DNA of 13,855 nt. It comes from Sulfurimonadaceae bacterium. Its GTDB lineage: Bacteria > Campylobacterota > Campylobacteria > Campylobacterales > Sulfurimonadaceae. The translations under genes were made by a program, and so were the position numbers. The stretch is from NCBI GenBank assembly GCA_041548245.1, contig JBFESZ010000051.1:1-13855 (forward strand), given 5' to 3'. The notes under the pieces are model-generated. The model searched no databases. It saw only the letters and a program-made list of their open reading frames with translations, and was not told the DNA's origin. Positions 13,315-13,855 of the stretch are shown one piece after another (the stretch's first letter is position 1; every line of letters begins with the position of its first letter).

Positions 13315-13855
13315 CAAACACCCCTTATGACAATTTTTGAGATTTCACTTGGTGCAAGCACGCGTATAGGAGGACCCCAATATCCAGCTCCACGGCTTAC
13401 GAATATTTTCTGCTCGCTGGTATGTTGGTAGAGACCGGAAAGATAAGGCTGATCGATCATCACCAGAAGACCAAAGGGAAAGATCTGGCCACCATGCGTA
13501 TGTCCGCTCAGCATCAGATCACAGGGCATGTTTTCAAGTCTGAGGATTGTTTTGGGCTGATGGGCTAGGACTAAAGTCGGCAAGGAAGGCTCAATACCCT
13601 GATAGGACTTTTCTATGTCAATGGGATACTCACCGATTCTCTCGCCAATGACATCTGTCATTCCCACCAAATTAAAGCTGACTTCATTTGTTTCTATGCG
13701 GACATTTTCATTAAGCAAAACCCTTATACCAAGGGTTTTTACATAGGCAATAGTGGCATTGGCACCGTGAAAATACTCATGGTTTCCCAAAATAAAATAA
13801 CACGGAGCTGAGATGTCTTTTAAAGGCTTTAGATCTTCTTTGATTTTGTCTAGAT
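13314..13855 (-). CDS. YkuE/YaeI-like metallophosphoesterase (calcineurin-like), 5' end outside the window
   Basis: The frame stays open to the window edge (LDKIKEDLKPLKDISAPCYFILGNHE...). Motifs GNHE, LLNE, LAHQP, LSGHTHGGQ, VSRGAGYWGPPIR. Confidence 0.9.
   Translation of the reverse strand, partial: LDKIKEDLKPLKDISAPCYFILGNHEYFHGANATIAYVKTLGIRVLLNENVRIETNEVSFNLVGMTDVIGERIGEYPIDIEKSYQGIEPSLPTLVLAHQPKTILRLENMPCDLMLSGHTHGGQIFPFGLLVMIDQPYLSGLYQHTSEQKIFVSRGAGYWGPPIRVLAPSEISKIVIRGV

Noticed and set aside
1262-13431. Shadow ORFs in the track (1262-1603, 2591-2776, 3040-3294, 3498-3725, 3871-4092, 4426-4623, 5631-5852, 6377-6559, 7520-7720, 7617-7820, 7822-8070, 8206-8505, 8554-8760, 8779-8961, 9487-9792, 9722-9904, 9876-10130, 11901-12170, 12510-12842, 13141-13431)
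   Set aside because: All lie antisense or out of frame within well-supported genes, with no recognisable motifs.

Overview
AT-rich bacterial chromosomal segment, most likely Campylobacterota (Sulfurimonas/Sulfurovum-like). This is inferred from the HQWRQP kinase H-box, TAnaAT promoters with upstream T-tracts and AAGGA RBSs. There are 14 credible CDSs: RMD1/DUF155 protein, SnoaL-like ester cyclase, a small acidic protein, a small secreted six-cysteine protein, a LOG-family phosphoribohydrolase, an MscK-like MscS channel, an orphan Cache-domain histidine kinase, TIGR01777/YfcH, DUF808/YedI, an EAL-HDOD protein, and a translationally coupled minus-strand operon (metallophosphoesterase [partial], secreted Amidase_2, DUF819 membrane protein, L-Ala-D/L-Glu epimerase). 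I saw no rRNA, tRNA, CRISPR array or transposase. Best leads: (1) the amidase-DUF819-epimerase operon as a minimal peptidoglycan stem-peptide salvage pathway with DUF819 as the uncharacterised importer; (2) the 1625-2563 region, with two divergent structured ncRNA/leader candidates and a six-Cys miniprotein gene bracketed by an 11-bp inverted repeat; (3) a catalytically degenerate EAL-HDOD protein; (4) a probably leaderless orphan kinase. All family calls come from motif recognition by eye, not database searches.
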